The notes: generated by a model not told the origin, from the sequence alone. A stretch of 64,000 bases of DNA from Alphaproteobacteria bacterium (GCA_964291285.2 OZ219785.1:64001-128000); one strand, 5' to 3'. Positions 38,263 to 49,152 are shown, numbered from the stretch's first letter. Made by a program: numbers and translations.

Positions 38263-38575
38263 GCGCGCGACAATAGCGAATCGTCAAAGGCGTTACCAGA
38301 AGCCTTTGCACGGCCGCTACGACACCCTCATGAGGCGCGCCGAACCCAGAAAGGACATCTGGCTGCGCCCGCTGAAACGAGACTGGAAACAAACCCTCAA
38401 TCGCTGAAATCTCAATCCATCACCCGATAACGGAAGCATTACCTCTCAGGGTAGTGCGGCGAACCGGTGATGGCGGAAACAATCTATTGGTAACAATACC
38501 TTATAGTCTCCTGGAGCACGCCAGTTCCTGCTCTGCTCCCGTCTGTCCCGATTGTTCAAAAAATAAGTCTGACTT

Positions 38576-38654
38576 TGTCATGTTTTGTCATGAAGCGCGC
38601 CCGGCCTCCCTGGCGATATGTCCCGATATGTCATGAGATGTCATGTTCTTCATG
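38576..38654. repeat. 10-bp phased TGTCATG repeats
   Basis: TGTCATG at 38576, 38586, 38629, 38639 and variants at 38619 and 38648. Confidence 0.7.
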
Positions 38655-39340
38655 CGCAGGGTTCATATGCTGTAGCCGGTTTGGGCATGGGCCTCTCCGC
38701 TCCTTGACCTCCTCTCCCGCCGGGCGGGAGAGGAGCATGCGCTGCCACCCACCGGCGCCCGCGGCGGCGCTGCGCTCCTATCCTCCGCATAGGCGCTGGC
38801 AAGGGCCTCTGCGGCGGGGAGCGAGCCTTTCGGCCGGCATCGCGGCCAGTTGGGGGTCGGTTGCGGTCATCGTCTCTCCTCTCTTCTCCGACGGGGAGCG
38901 GGTCCCTTTTCCGCGCGTATCCTGCGCGGGCGCCCGCGCCTGCCCGGGCGCGTGTCGGCGCCGGCGCGGTTCGCGCGCCTGATTGCGCGCGCGAGACGCA
39001 GGACGCACGTCTCCCGTCGGCTTCTCACGGGTTTTCAGAAACCGGCGCCGCTCGGCCGCGCGGCACCCGGGGACGCGGCTCCGGAGTCCGCTTCCCTGGG
39101 GACCATCATATCACAATCCGCCAGATGTCAAGCCCAAAACACGAACAAAAAGCAATTTCATCAGATTTTTTTCAATTTCCACAGAAACCGGAACGGGCGT
39201 TGACGGGGCGGTGGCGGGCGGTTAGGTTGCGCGCCGTTTCGCCATAGCGTTGCACGCACGCCTCCGAGGAGGCCCGCCGGTCCGCGAGGGTTCGCGCATC
39301 GGTGCGTTCGGCGTTGGACAGGCGGGAGGAAGCGGCAGGC

Positions 39341-40696
39341 ATGTTCGAGGGACTGACGGAGCGGCTCGGCGACGTCTTCGGGCGTCTCACCCGGCGCGGT
39401 TCGCTCTCCGCCGGCGATGTCGAGGCGGCGCTTCGCGAGGTGCGGGTGGCGCTGCTGGAGGCGGATGCGGCGCTGCCGGCCGTGCGCGCGCTCCTCGACG
39501 CGGTGAAGGAGCAGGCCGTCGGACACGAGGTGCTGCGGTCCGTCATGCCCGGCCAGCAGGTCGTCAAGATCGTCCATGACCGCATGGTCGAGATGCTGGG
39601 CGGCGAGGCCGAGGACCTCCACCTCGGCGGCAATCCCCCGCTCGCCATGCTGATGCTGGGCCTGCAGGGCTCCGGCAAGACGACGACGACCGCCAAGCTC
39701 GCCCGCCGCCTGACGGACCGGGACGGCAAGAAAGTGCTCATGGCGTCGGTGGACGTCTATCGGCCCGCCGCCCAGCAGCAGCTTGAGGTGCTGGGAAAGC
39801 AGGCGGGGATCGACACCCTGCCCATCGTGTTCGGCGAACGCCCGCCCGCCATCGCGCGGCGCGCCATGCGCATCGCCGCGCGCGAGGGCTACGACATCGT
39901 CTTCATCGACACTGCCGGCCGGCTCGCCATCGACCGCGAGATGATGGACGAGGCGGCGGCGCTGCGCGACCTGGTGAAGCCGGTGGAATCGCTGCTGGTC
40001 GCCGACGCGATGACAGGCCAGGACGCCGTCAACACCGCCCGGGCCTTCAACGAGGAGGTCGGCGTCACCGGCATCGTGCTGACCCGGATCGACGGCGACG
40101 CGCGCGGCGGCGCGGCGCTCTCCATGCGCCATGTCACCGGGCGGCCGATCAAGTTCGTCGGCACAGGCGAGCAGCTCGACCGCATCGAGGTCTTCCACCC
40201 CGAGCGGATCGCCTCGCGCATTCTCGGCATGGGCGATGTCGTCGGCCTCGTGGAGCGCGCCGCCGAGACCATCGAGCAGGAAGAGGCCGAAAAGCTCGCC
40301 GCCCGGCTCAGCCGCGGGCGCATGGACCTGAACGACCTGCTGACCCAGCTCCGCCAGATGAAGAAGATGGGCGGGCTCGGCGGGCTGATGGGAATGCTGC
40401 CGCAGGTCGGCCGGATGAAGGCCGAAATGGCGAAGGCGAAGCTCGATGAAAAATGGCTCGTGCGCCAGGAGGCGATCATCCTCTCGATGACGCCCCGCGA
40501 GCGCGCCCGGCCGGATATCGTCAAGGCGTCGCGCAAGCGGCGCATCGCGGCCGGGGCCGGCGCCTCGGTGCAGGACGTGAACCGGATGCTCAAACAGTTC
40601 CAGCAGATGCAGACGATGATGAAGCGCGTCGGCAAGCTGGAGAAGCGCGGCGCGCTTGCGGGCCGGGGCCTCGACGCCCTGCTGGCCCGGCGCTGA
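39341..40696 (+). CDS. ffh: Signal recognition particle protein
   Basis: [16 protein letters not shown], Met-rich M domain. Confidence 0.97.
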   Translation: MFEGLTERLGDVFGRLTRRGSLSAGDVEAALREVRVALLEADAALPAVRALLDAVKEQAVGHEVLRSVMPGQQVVKIVHDRMVEMLGGEAEDLHLGGNPPLAMLMLGLQGSGKTTTTAKLARRLTDRDGKKVLMASVDVYRPAAQQQLEVLGKQAGIDTLPIVFGERPPAIARRAMRIAAREGYDIVFIDTAGRLAIDREMMDEAAALRDLVKPVESLLVADAMTGQDAVNTARAFNEEVGVTGIVLTRIDGDARGGAALSMRHVTGRPIKFVGTGEQLDRIEVFHPERIASRILGMGDVVGLVERAAETIEQEEAEKLAARLSRGRMDLNDLLTQLRQMKKMGGLGGLMGMLPQVGRMKAEMAKAKLDEKWLVRQEAIILSMTPRERARPDIVKASRKRRIAAGAGASVQDVNRMLKQFQQMQTMMKRVGKLEKRGALAGRGLDALLARR

Positions 40697-40734
40697 CCCC
40701 GGCAACCCCTTCCTTCCACCTTCACGGAAAGCTC

Positions 40735-41082
40735 ATGGCACTCAGGATTCGACTGACCCGCGGCGGCGCCAAGCGCCGGCCCTTCTACCGCATCGTCGTC
40801 GCCGAGGGCTCCTCGCCCCGCGACGGCCGCTTCATCGAGATTCTCGGCTTCTACAACCCGATGATGCCGAAGGACCACGAGGACCGGCTGCGCCTCAAGG
40901 AAGAGCGTATCCGGCACTGGCTGTCGGTCGGCGCGACGCCGTCGGAGCGCGTGGCCCGGTTCCTCGGCGCGGCCGGCATCGCCGAGCCGCCGGCGGTGCC
41001 GCAGCAGACCAGGCAGCATCTGCCCAAGGCCAAGGCGCAGGAGCGCATGAAGGCCAAGGCGGAAGCCGCGGCGGCGGAATAA
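40735..41082 (+). CDS. rpsP: 30S ribosomal protein S16
   Basis: [37 protein letters not shown]. Confidence 0.97.
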   Translation: MALRIRLTRGGAKRRPFYRIVVAEGSSPRDGRFIEILGFYNPMMPKDHEDRLRLKEERIRHWLSVGATPSERVARFLGAAGIAEPPAVPQQTRQHLPKAKAQERMKAKAEAAAAE

Positions 41083-41103
41083 CCCGGACGGAGCGGCCGG
41101 CCG

Positions 41104-41610
41104 ATGGACGCTTCCCGCCTCTGTCTCGGCGTCATTGCCGGGGCGCACGGGCTGCAGGGCGCGGTCAGGGTCAAGACCTTCACCGCCCTGCCGGACGCCA
41201 TTGCCGGTTACGGCCCGCTGGAGGATGCCGCCGGCAGCCGGCGCTTCGCGCTCCGGCTGGTGAGGATCGAGAAAGGCATGGCGCTGGTGCAGATCGACGG
41301 CGTGGAGGACCGGACCGCAGCCGAGGCGCTCAAGGGCGTCGAGCTCTTCCTCGACCGGGCGGCGCTGCCGCCGGAGGAGGACGAGGAGGAGTTCTACCAT
41401 GCGGACCTTGTCGGCCTTGCCGCGGTCGATGTGAACGGCGCCCGGCTCGGCACGGTGCGCGCGCTGCACGATTTCGGCGCCGGCGACCTGATCGAGGTGC
41501 TGCCGGACGAGGGCGGCCAGCCCCGCGTCTTTCCCTTCACGCGCGAGGCCGTGCCGGCAATCGACTTTGCCGCACGCACGGTCACCATAGATCCGCCGGA
41601 GGGGCTGTGA
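41104..41610 (+). CDS. rimM: Ribosome maturation factor RimM
   Basis: [27 protein letters not shown]; conserved synteny. Confidence 0.95.
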   Translation: MDASRLCLGVIAGAHGLQGAVRVKTFTALPDAIAGYGPLEDAAGSRRFALRLVRIEKGMALVQIDGVEDRTAAEALKGVELFLDRAALPPEEDEEEFYHADLVGLAAVDVNGARLGTVRALHDFGAGDLIEVLPDEGGQPRVFPFTREAVPAIDFAARTVTIDPPEGL

Positions 41611-42311
41611 CCTGGTCCGCGACAGTGCTGACGCTGTTCCCGGAGATGTTTCCGGGGCCGCTCGGCCATTCGCTTGCCGGCCGGGCGCTGGATGCGGGCG
41701 TCTGGCGGCTCAAGACGGTGGACATTCGCGCCTTTGCGCGCGATAAGCACGCCTCCGTGGACGACACGCCGTTCGGCGGGGGCGCCGGCATGGTCATGCG
41801 CGCGGACGTGGTGTCGGACGCGATCCACGCCGCCTGGGACCGGCGGGGTCCGCTGATCCACCTCTCGCCGCGCGGCCGGCCGCTCACGCAGAGCCGGGCG
41901 GCGGCGCTGGCCGGGGGGCCGGGGCCGGTCCTGCTCTGCGGGCGTTACGAGGGGATCGACCAGCGCCTCCTCGACGCCTGGGCGCCGGAGGAGATGAGCC
42001 TCGGGGACTTCGTGCTGTCCGGCGGCGAGCCGGCGGCGATTGCCCTGCTGGATGCCTGCGTGCGGCTCCTGCCGGGCGTGGCGGGCAAGGCGGAGTCGGT
42101 GCGGGAGGAGAGTTTCGAGAGCGGGCTGCTGGAATACCCGCATTACACGCGCCCGGCGGTCTGGGCCGGGCGCGCGGCGCCGGAAGTCCTGCTTTCGGGC
42201 CACCACTGCAACATCCGCGCCTGGCGGCAGGCGCGGGCGGAAGACATAACGCGGACGCGGCGGCCCGACCTGTGGGCCCGCCGGGCGGAAAACGAGGACC
42301 GAAGGCGATGA
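41607..42311 (+). CDS. trmD: tRNA (guanine-N1)-methyltransferase
   Basis: [42 protein letters not shown]. Confidence 0.97.
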   Translation: MTWSATVLTLFPEMFPGPLGHSLAGRALDAGVWRLKTVDIRAFARDKHASVDDTPFGGGAGMVMRADVVSDAIHAAWDRRGPLIHLSPRGRPLTQSRAAALAGGPGPVLLCGRYEGIDQRLLDAWAPEEMSLGDFVLSGGEPAAIALLDACVRLLPGVAGKAESVREESFESGLLEYPHYTRPAVWAGRAAPEVLLSGHHCNIRAWRQARAEDITRTRRPDLWARRAENEDRRR

Positions 42312-42718
42312 ACATCATCGAGACGCTGGAGCGCGAACAGATCGAGCGGCTCACCGGGGAGCGCGGGATTCCGGACTTCCGCCCGGGCGACACGGTGCGG
42401 GTGAACTACAAGGTGGTCGAGGGCACGCGCGAGCGCATCCAGGCCTATGAGGGCGTGGTGATCGCGCGGCGCGGCGGCAGCAAGCTGAACGCCTCCTTCA
42501 TCGTGCGGAAGATTTCCTCCGGCGAGGGCGTCGAGCGCATCTTCCCGCTCTATTCGCCCAATATCGCCGGCATCGAGGTAATCCGGCGCGGACGCGTGCG
42601 CCGGGCGAAGCTCTACTATCTGCGCGAGCGGCGCGGACGGTCGGCGCGCATCGCCGAGCGCACCCGCGGCGTGGTGAGAAAGACGAAACGCAAGAACGGG
42701 AACGACGGCAATGAGTGA
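42308..42718 (+). CDS. rplS: 50S ribosomal protein L19
   Basis: [32 protein letters not shown]. Confidence 0.97.
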   Translation: MNIIETLEREQIERLTGERGIPDFRPGDTVRVNYKVVEGTRERIQAYEGVVIARRGGSKLNASFIVRKISSGEGVERIFPLYSPNIAGIEVIRRGRVRRAKLYYLRERRGRSARIAERTRGVVRKTKRKNGNDGNE

Positions 42719-44123
42719 ACCGCGCACCCTCTTCGACAAGATCTGGGCGAACCATCTGGTCGATACGCAGGAAGACGGCACCTGCCTGATCTATATCGAC
42801 CGCCACCTGGTGCATGAGGTCACGAGCCCGCAGGCCTTCGCGGGGCTCCGCGCCGCCGGGCGCGGCGTGCGCCGGCCCGACGCCACCATCGCGGTCGCCG
42901 ACCACAATATCCCGACCCGCCCGGGCGCCCGGGCGGGGGTGATCGAGAACGAGGAATCGCGCATCCAGGTCGAGACGCTGGAGCGCAATGTCGTCGAGTT
43001 CGGCGTGCCCTACTACCCGATAGAGGACGTCCGCCAGGGCATCGTGCACATCATCGGCCCGGAGCAGGGCATGACCCAGCCGGGCACCACGGTGGTCTGC
43101 GGCGACAGCCACACCTCGACCCACGGCGCGTTCGGCGCGCTCGCCTTCGGCATCGGCACCTCCGAGGTCGAGCATGTGCTGGCGACGCAGACGCTGATCC
43201 AGCGCCCGGCCCGCAACATGCAGGTGGATGTGGAAGGGCCGCTGCCCGCCGGCTGCACCGCCAAGGACCTGATCCTCGCCATCATCGGGCGCATCGGCAC
43301 GGCCGGCGGCACCGGCCATGTGATCGAATATACCGGCCAGGCGATCCGCGAGCTTTCCATGGAAGGGCGGATGACGGTCTGCAACATGTCCATCGAGGCG
43401 GGCGCCCGCGCCGGGCTGATCGCGCCCGACGACACCACCTTCGGCTATCTCAAGGGCCGCCCGCATGCGCCCAAGGGCGCGGCCTGGGACGCCGCGGTCG
43501 CGGTCTGGAAGCGCCTGCCCTCCGACCCCGGCGCGGTTTACGACACGGTCGTGCGCATCCCGGCCGGCGAGATCGCGCCCTATGTCACCTGGGGCACGAG
43601 CCCGCAGGACGCGCTGCCGATCACGGCAAGCGTGCCGGATCCGGCCGAGATCGACGACGCGGACCGGCGCCAGGCGGTGCAGCGGTCCATCGACTATATG
43701 GGGCTGCGCGCCGGCCAGCCGCTGCAGGAGATCGCCATCGACACGGTGTTCATCGGGTCGTGCACCAACGGGCGCATCGAGGACATCCGCGCCGCGGCCG
43801 CCGTCGCCCAGGGGCGCAAGGTGGCCGAGAATGTGCGCGCCCTCGTGGTGCCCGGCTCCGGCCTGGTCAAGGAGCAGGCGGAGGAGGAGGGCCTCGACCG
43901 CATCCTCACCGAGGCCGGCTTCGAGTGGCGCGATCCGGGCTGCTCGATGTGCCTGGCGATGAACGACGACAGGCTCAGCCCCGGCGAGCGCAGCGCGTCG
44001 ACATCGAACCGCAATTTCGAGGGCCGGCAGGGTCCCGGCGGGCGCACCCACCTGGTAAGCCCGGCCATGGCGGCGGCCGCTGCGGTCGCCGGCCGCCTCG
44101 CCGACCTGCGCGACCTGGACTGA
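42711..44123 (+). CDS. leuC: 3-isopropylmalate dehydratase large subunit
   Basis: [47 protein letters not shown]. Confidence 0.98.
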   Translation: MSEPRTLFDKIWANHLVDTQEDGTCLIYIDRHLVHEVTSPQAFAGLRAAGRGVRRPDATIAVADHNIPTRPGARAGVIENEESRIQVETLERNVVEFGVPYYPIEDVRQGIVHIIGPEQGMTQPGTTVVCGDSHTSTHGAFGALAFGIGTSEVEHVLATQTLIQRPARNMQVDVEGPLPAGCTAKDLILAIIGRIGTAGGTGHVIEYTGQAIRELSMEGRMTVCNMSIEAGARAGLIAPDDTTFGYLKGRPHAPKGAAWDAAVAVWKRLPSDPGAVYDTVVRIPAGEIAPYVTWGTSPQDALPITASVPDPAEIDDADRRQAVQRSIDYMGLRAGQPLQEIAIDTVFIGSCTNGRIEDIRAAAAVAQGRKVAENVRALVVPGSGLVKEQAEEEGLDRILTEAGFEWRDPGCSMCLAMNDDRLSPGERSASTSNRNFEGRQGPGGRTHLVSPAMAAAAAVAGRLADLRDLD

Positions 44124-44143
44124 GAGAGGGAGGACAGCCCCCC

Positions 44144-44758
44144 ATGCGCAAATTCGAGACCGTGACGAGCGTCGGCGCGCCGCTGCCGCAGATCAATATC
44201 GACACCGACAAGATCATCCCCGCGCGCTTCCTCAGGACCATCGAGCGCGAGGGCCTCGGGCGGCACCTGTTCAACGACATGCGCTTCGACTCCGAGGGCA
44301 ACGAGACCCCGGACTTCGTGCTGAACCAGCCTGCCTGGCGGGGGGCCAACATCCTCGTGGTGGGCGACAATTTCGGCTGCGGCTCGTCGCGCGAGCACGC
44401 GCCCTGGGCGCTGGCCGACTACGGCGTGCGCGCCATTCTCGGCACCGACTTCGCCGACATCTTCTACAACAACAGCTTCAAGAACGGCCTGCTGCCGATC
44501 AAGCTGCCGGCGGAGGAGCGCGACAAGCTGATGGAGGACGCGCAGCGGGGCGAAAACGCGCGCATCACGGTCGATCTCGAGAACCAGGTCATCACCCGCC
44601 CCGACGGCGAGGAGATCGCCTTCGAGGTCGATCCCTTCCGCAAGCACTGCCTGCTGAACGGCCTCGACGATATCGGCATGACCATGGAGCGCGCCGGGAG
44701 CATCGACAGCTTCGAAGCCAGCGACCGCATAGCCCGCCCCTGGCTCTACGCGGAGTAG
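44144..44758 (+). CDS. leuD: 3-isopropylmalate dehydratase small subunit
   Basis: [28 protein letters not shown]. Confidence 0.98.
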   Translation: MRKFETVTSVGAPLPQINIDTDKIIPARFLRTIEREGLGRHLFNDMRFDSEGNETPDFVLNQPAWRGANILVVGDNFGCGSSREHAPWALADYGVRAILGTDFADIFYNNSFKNGLLPIKLPAEERDKLMEDAQRGENARITVDLENQVITRPDGEEIAFEVDPFRKHCLLNGLDDIGMTMERAGSIDSFEASDRIARPWLYAE

Positions 44759-44776
44759 CGTCGGGGGCATCCGGCC

Positions 44777-45943
44777 TTGACCTTCCGGCTGGTCGATACC
44801 GGATGGGCTTCGGAACTGGAAGCCGGACTGGGTTCGGACTCCAGCGGGCTTCGTATTGTCTGTCCGTTCATCAAAAGTCAGGCCGTCAGTCGCCTGCTCT
44901 CGTTTCGGCCGGAAACCATACGGGTTATCACCCGTTTCGATCTTCGGGACTTTGCAGAAGGCGTCAGCGATATAGGCGCGTTGCGAAAGCTGCTTGATGC
45001 GGGCGCACGGATCCGGGGGATACGCAACCTTCACGCCAAGCTCTATCTTTTCGGCAATAGCCGCGCGGTCGTCACCTCGGCGAATCTCACAGAAGCCGGC
45101 CTCTGCCGAAACCACGAATTCGGCATGGTTACAAATGACACGGGCGCAATCGGTGTATGCCAAACCTATTTCGACGACCTCTGGCAGCGGGCCGGTGCCG
45201 ATTTAGAGCCCGCCCGGCTCAATGAGTGGCAAGAAACCGTTACCGAATATCGTGCGACAGGCAGGCGGCCGAGCAGATCGGCTAGCCTTCCCGACTTTGG
45301 TGCCGACGCCGGTATCGACGAACCTGCAAGAGGCCGGACTTCAATGGCAATTACGGACGCGTCTCAAGCATTCGTGAAGTTCCTCGGCGACCGCCGCAAC
45401 CGCGTCTCATTAGACTGCCCGACGCTGGAGGAACTTGAACGGGCGGGTTGCCATTGGGCTCTTGCTTACCCCAAGAACAGAAGGCCTCGGGGCGTTGAGA
45501 ACGGAGCCGTGATGTATGTAGCTCGGCTGGTCGAAGGACCGGATATCCGTATCTTCGGTCGGGGAATAGGAATGAAATACGTTGCGGGTCGCGACGATGC
45601 CACACCGGCCGACACCGAACAGCGCAACTGGAAGTCGAATTGGCCGCACTATGTCCGCGTCCATGACGCCGAGTTCGTCGCCGGCACAATGAGGAATGGT
45701 ATTTCCCTCAATGAGTTCATGGAAACTATGGGAGCGGACTCCTTTGTTTCCACGCAACGACATGCCGAAACGGGTTCAGGAAATACCAACCCGCGCCGCG
45801 CCTATATGCGGCAACCCGCCGTCAGACTTTCCGATCAAGGTTTCGCATGGCTCGACGAGTGGCTTGAGGATGCTTTCCGTCAATACGGCAAGATTCCGCA
45901 AGCAGAACTCGACAAGCTCGATTGGCCGGATAACCCAGCGTAG
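44777..45943 (+). CDS. PLD (HKD) nuclease-domain protein with uncharacterised C-terminal domain
   Basis: LHAKLYLFG...VVTSANLT..GL..NHEFG; lower GC than flanking genes. Confidence 0.8.
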   Translation: MTFRLVDTGWASELEAGLGSDSSGLRIVCPFIKSQAVSRLLSFRPETIRVITRFDLRDFAEGVSDIGALRKLLDAGARIRGIRNLHAKLYLFGNSRAVVTSANLTEAGLCRNHEFGMVTNDTGAIGVCQTYFDDLWQRAGADLEPARLNEWQETVTEYRATGRRPSRSASLPDFGADAGIDEPARGRTSMAITDASQAFVKFLGDRRNRVSLDCPTLEELERAGCHWALAYPKNRRPRGVENGAVMYVARLVEGPDIRIFGRGIGMKYVAGRDDATPADTEQRNWKSNWPHYVRVHDAEFVAGTMRNGISLNEFMETMGADSFVSTQRHAETGSGNTNPRRAYMRQPAVRLSDQGFAWLDEWLEDAFRQYGKIPQAELDKLDWPDNPA

Positions 45944-45981
45944 TTGCAGTTCGGCTCTATCGGACCCGCGGCAGGCCCGCG

Positions 45982-46365
45982 CTATCTTCGTCGCTGTTCT
46001 AGCACGAGGGCCTTCAGTTCCCGCAGTCCCGCCCGTATCTCGGCTTGCCCGGCCTTCAGCTCCTCCTGCCCGGCTTGCAGTTTCTTCACATCAGCCTGCA
46101 GCCTGGCGACATCGGTTTGCAGCACGGCGATGGCGGCGCTGTTGGCGTGGGTCTGGAAGGCCATCCATCCGAACAGGGCGAGGAAGCCTGCGGCGAACAC
46201 GCCGACCAGGGTGGTCGCCAAAGGATGAAAGCCGTGGCCGGAACGTCGCCGCTCGGCGAGCAGCCGGCGGAACTCCTGTATTTCGGCGGCGCTGAGCGGC
46301 GCGTCGGGGCTGTCGGCGGCCACGGGCAGCCTCCCGTCGAGGTCGGCAGGATTATGGCGTTCCAA
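45982..46365 (-). CDS. Small membrane-anchored coiled-coil protein
   Basis: One TM segment followed by heptads LQTDVARLQADVKKLQAGQEELKAGQAEI. Confidence 0.6.
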   Translation of the reverse strand: MERHNPADLDGRLPVAADSPDAPLSAAEIQEFRRLLAERRRSGHGFHPLATTLVGVFAAGFLALFGWMAFQTHANSAAIAVLQTDVARLQADVKKLQAGQEELKAGQAEIRAGLRELKALVLEQRRR

Positions 46366-46382
46366 GCCGCCGCCTGCAAGGA

Positions 46383-47549
46383 CTACACCCCCTCCAGGTC
46401 CAGCGGCAGGCCGGTGTAGTTTTCGGCGAGTGCGCGCCGCGCGGCGTCGGAGCCGAGCAGGTATTCCAGTTCCGCCCCCTGCAGGCGGCGCTCGAACCCG
46501 TCATGCGCGGGGTCGCGGTGCAGGAGGCGCGTCATCCACATGGAGAAGCGCTGCACCTTCCACACGCGCGCAAGGCAGGTGTCCGAATAGGCGTCGAGGC
46601 CCGCCTCGTCGCCGTCGCGGTAGTAGCGGGCGAGCGCGCGGGCGAGCGCCACCACGTCGGCGAAGGCGAGGTTCATGCCCTTGGCGCCGGTCGGCGGCAC
46701 GATATGGGCGGAATCGCCCGCGAGGAACAGCCGACCGTGGCGCATCGGCTCGGCCACGAAGGCGCGCATCGGCGTCACCGACTTCAGCAGCAGCGGCCCG
46801 CGGTTGAGGCGCACCGCGAGCCGGCGGTCGAGCTCGTCCCAGAGCTCGTCGGCCGTCCACCTGTCCGGGTCCTCGTCCGCCCGGCACTGCACATAGGCGC
46901 GCGTGAGCTCCGGCGAGCGCATGCTGAACAGCGCGAACCCCGCTTCGTGGCGGGCATAGACCAGCTCGTCCTGGAAGGGCGGCGCCTCGGCCAGCAGGCC
47001 GAGCCAGGCATAGGGGAACTCCCGGTGGAAGAGCGTCAGCGCCCCGGCGGGAATGGCAGCGCGCGAGACGCCGTGATAGCCGTCGCAGCCGGCGATGAAG
47101 TCGCAGGCGAGCGTGCCGCCCGGCCAGACGAGGCGCGGCTCGGGGCCGTCGATGCCCTCCAGCTGCACGCCCTCGACCTCGAAGCGCACATCGCCGCCGG
47201 CTTCGAGCCGCGCCGCCACGAGGTCCTTCACCACCTCGTGCTGGGCATAGACGGTGACGCCCTTGCCGCCCGTCATCTCCATGAAGTCGATATGGCGCCG
47301 CCGCCCGCCGGTCGAGATTTCGATGCCGCGGTGGCGGAGCGCCAGCTTCGCCATGCGCGCGCCGAGGCCCGTGCGGTCGAGCAGGTCCACGCTGCCCTGT
47401 TCCAGCAGCCCGGCGCGCACCCGCGCCTCGATCCAGCCGCGGGACCGGCGCTCCAGCACCACGCTTTCGATGCCGGCGCGGGCGAGCAGGTGGGAGAGCA
47501 TGAGGCCGGCGGGGCCGGCGCCGACGATCCCGACCCGGGTGCGCTCCAC
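46383..47549 (-). CDS. pobA: 4-hydroxybenzoate 3-monooxygenase
   Basis: GAGPAGL, RVRAGLLEQG, CDFIAGCDGYHGVSR, GDSAHIVPPTGAKGMN, AENYTGLP. Confidence 0.93.
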   Translation of the reverse strand: MERTRVGIVGAGPAGLMLSHLLARAGIESVVLERRSRGWIEARVRAGLLEQGSVDLLDRTGLGARMAKLALRHRGIEISTGGRRRHIDFMEMTGGKGVTVYAQHEVVKDLVAARLEAGGDVRFEVEGVQLEGIDGPEPRLVWPGGTLACDFIAGCDGYHGVSRAAIPAGALTLFHREFPYAWLGLLAEAPPFQDELVYARHEAGFALFSMRSPELTRAYVQCRADEDPDRWTADELWDELDRRLAVRLNRGPLLLKSVTPMRAFVAEPMRHGRLFLAGDSAHIVPPTGAKGMNLAFADVVALARALARYYRDGDEAGLDAYSDTCLARVWKVQRFSMWMTRLLHRDPAHDGFERRLQGAELEYLLGSDAARRALAENYTGLPLDLEGV

Positions 47550-47554
47550 GGCCG

Positions 47555-48802
47555 CTATTCGCCCGGCGCCGTCCGGACGGTCTGCGCCGCGTCCGCCTTC
47601 GCCTCGGCCGGCAGCTTCATCGCCGCCAGCACCACCACCACCGCCACCGCCGCCATCGCATAGAAGAGCAGCGCGAAATCGCCGGTATGGTCGAAGCCGA
47701 GCCCCAGAAGCGGCATCGCGACCACGCCGCTGCCGAGCGAGAGCGCAAACCGGATGCCGTATGCGGTCGAAAGCCATTGCTCGGGCATGTAGCGCGCAAA
47801 CAGCAGGTCCGAGATCGGCTGGTTGCCGACGACGATCGCCGTTCCGAGCGTCAGCACCGCGACCATCGGCATGTCGTAGGCGAAGGCGGCGGCGGCGAGT
47901 GCAGGCGGCAGGCCGGCATAGACGCCGATGAAGAGGCGGCGCAGCGGGAAGCGGTCGGCCAGCTCGCCGCCGACCAGTTGGGCGAGCCCGCTGACCACGA
48001 GAATGCCGGACGCCGTCGCCGACAGCAGGAAGAGGTCGTCGCCGAAGATGGAGACGCGATGGTTGACGATCTTCGGCAACCCGTTGGTGACGGCCTGGAA
48101 GATCAGGCCGGTCGCCAGGGTGATGATTCCGAGGATGACCATGGCGCGCATGAAATCGCGCCGCTCCGCTTCGGGCCGGGTCCGCCAGGCCTGCATGAAC
48201 GCCCGGCGCCCGGAACCCTGAGCCGGCGCCCTGGCGCGCGCGCGGCGCAGCGGCAGGCTCTCCCGGAACCGCATGTGGAAGACGACGCCGAGCGCAATCG
48301 ACACCAGGCCCGGCACGATGAACACCGCCCGCCAGCCGCCGGCGGCCAGCAGACCGCTCATGATGATGGGCGTCACCGCCATGCCGGCGCTGCCGAACAC
48401 GCCGTTGATGCCGAGCAGCCGCCCGCGCCTGTCGCCGGCGCCGCGCACGATCAGCGGGATGCCGACCGGGTGGTAGATCGACGCGAAGATGCCGACCAGG
48501 AAAAGGCCGGCGCCCAGCGTGACCGGGCCGTCGGCGAAGCCGGTAAGTATCGAGGAGGCGCCGATGCCGACGAAGAACACCGTCATCATGCCGGGCCCGG
48601 ACCAGCGGTCGGCGAGCCAGCCGGCGAGCGGCCCGCCGAGGCCGAACACGATCGTCGCCGGGGTGAACAGCACCGCAAGCTCGCCGTAGGTCAGCCCCCA
48701 GAAGGGCGCGACCGAGGTGGCGATCACGGCCATGAACAGCAGCATGAAGATATGGTCGATGCTGTGGCCGACGCAGAGGAAGAGGAAGGGGCCGGTCCTC
48801 AT
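47555..48802 (-). CDS. MFS transporter
   Basis: About 12 TM segments, GWLADRW, SIYHPVG. Confidence 0.9.
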   Translation of the reverse strand: MRTGPFLFLCVGHSIDHIFMLLFMAVIATSVAPFWGLTYGELAVLFTPATIVFGLGGPLAGWLADRWSGPGMMTVFFVGIGASSILTGFADGPVTLGAGLFLVGIFASIYHPVGIPLIVRGAGDRRGRLLGINGVFGSAGMAVTPIIMSGLLAAGGWRAVFIVPGLVSIALGVVFHMRFRESLPLRRARARAPAQGSGRRAFMQAWRTRPEAERRDFMRAMVILGIITLATGLIFQAVTNGLPKIVNHRVSIFGDDLFLLSATASGILVVSGLAQLVGGELADRFPLRRLFIGVYAGLPPALAAAAFAYDMPMVAVLTLGTAIVVGNQPISDLLFARYMPEQWLSTAYGIRFALSLGSGVVAMPLLGLGFDHTGDFALLFYAMAAVAVVVVLAAMKLPAEAKADAAQTVRTAPGE

Positions 48803-49152
48803 CGCGCCCGCTCCGCCTCCGGCTCCAGCACTTCATCGCGCACCCAGGAGAGGAAGTCCGCATCGCCGCCCGAGATCGGCAGCGCCACGACGCAGGGGCT
48901 GTCATAGCTGTGCGCCTCGCGCACCCGGCGGGAGGCCGCCTCCACCCGGTCCTCGACGGTCTTCGCCACCAGCACGACCTCGCCTTCTTCCTGCACCGCG
49001 CCCTGCCAGCGATAGACGGAGGTGGCCGCGCCCAGCACATTGGCGCAGGCCGCGAGCCGCTCGCCGACCAGCATACGCGCGAGCGCCAGCGCTTCCTCGC
49101 GGTCGCCGGCGGTCATGTAGAGGAGGCAGGGGCGGGACATGGCCGTCTTCAT
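48799..49152 (-). CDS. cutA: Divalent-cation tolerance protein CutA
   Basis: LAACAN, SVYRWQG, HSYDSPCV. Confidence 0.9.
   Translation of the reverse strand: MKTAMSRPCLLYMTAGDREEALALARMLVGERLAACANVLGAATSVYRWQGAVQEEGEVVLVAKTVEDRVEAASRRVREAHSYDSPCVVALPISGGDADFLSWVRDEVLEPEAERAR

Larger units (their letters stand above)
34833..38442 (-). mobile_element. IS66-related element (3610 bp) carrying an extended TnpC and a DUF4338 gene, with 132-bp terminal IRs
   Basis: GTAA...TTAC ends; 34833-34964 is the reverse complement of 38311-38442 (3 mismatches); no target duplication seen. Confidence 0.85.

Noticed and set aside
34868-38392. 1174-aa ORF as one giant DUF4338 fusion
   Set aside because: Only the last 293 aa look like protein; the rest overlaps the TnpC frame and has shadow composition.
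38311-38442. Repeat of a gene 3' end as a DGR template/variable pair
   Set aside because: The repeat is inverted, its coding part is identical with no adenine-specific variation, and no DGR RT is present.
46383-49040. 885-aa ORF as a PobA fusion (likewise the extended traG, trbC and cutA ORFs)
   Set aside because: The N-terminal parts overlap neighbouring genes in another frame; true starts are internal.
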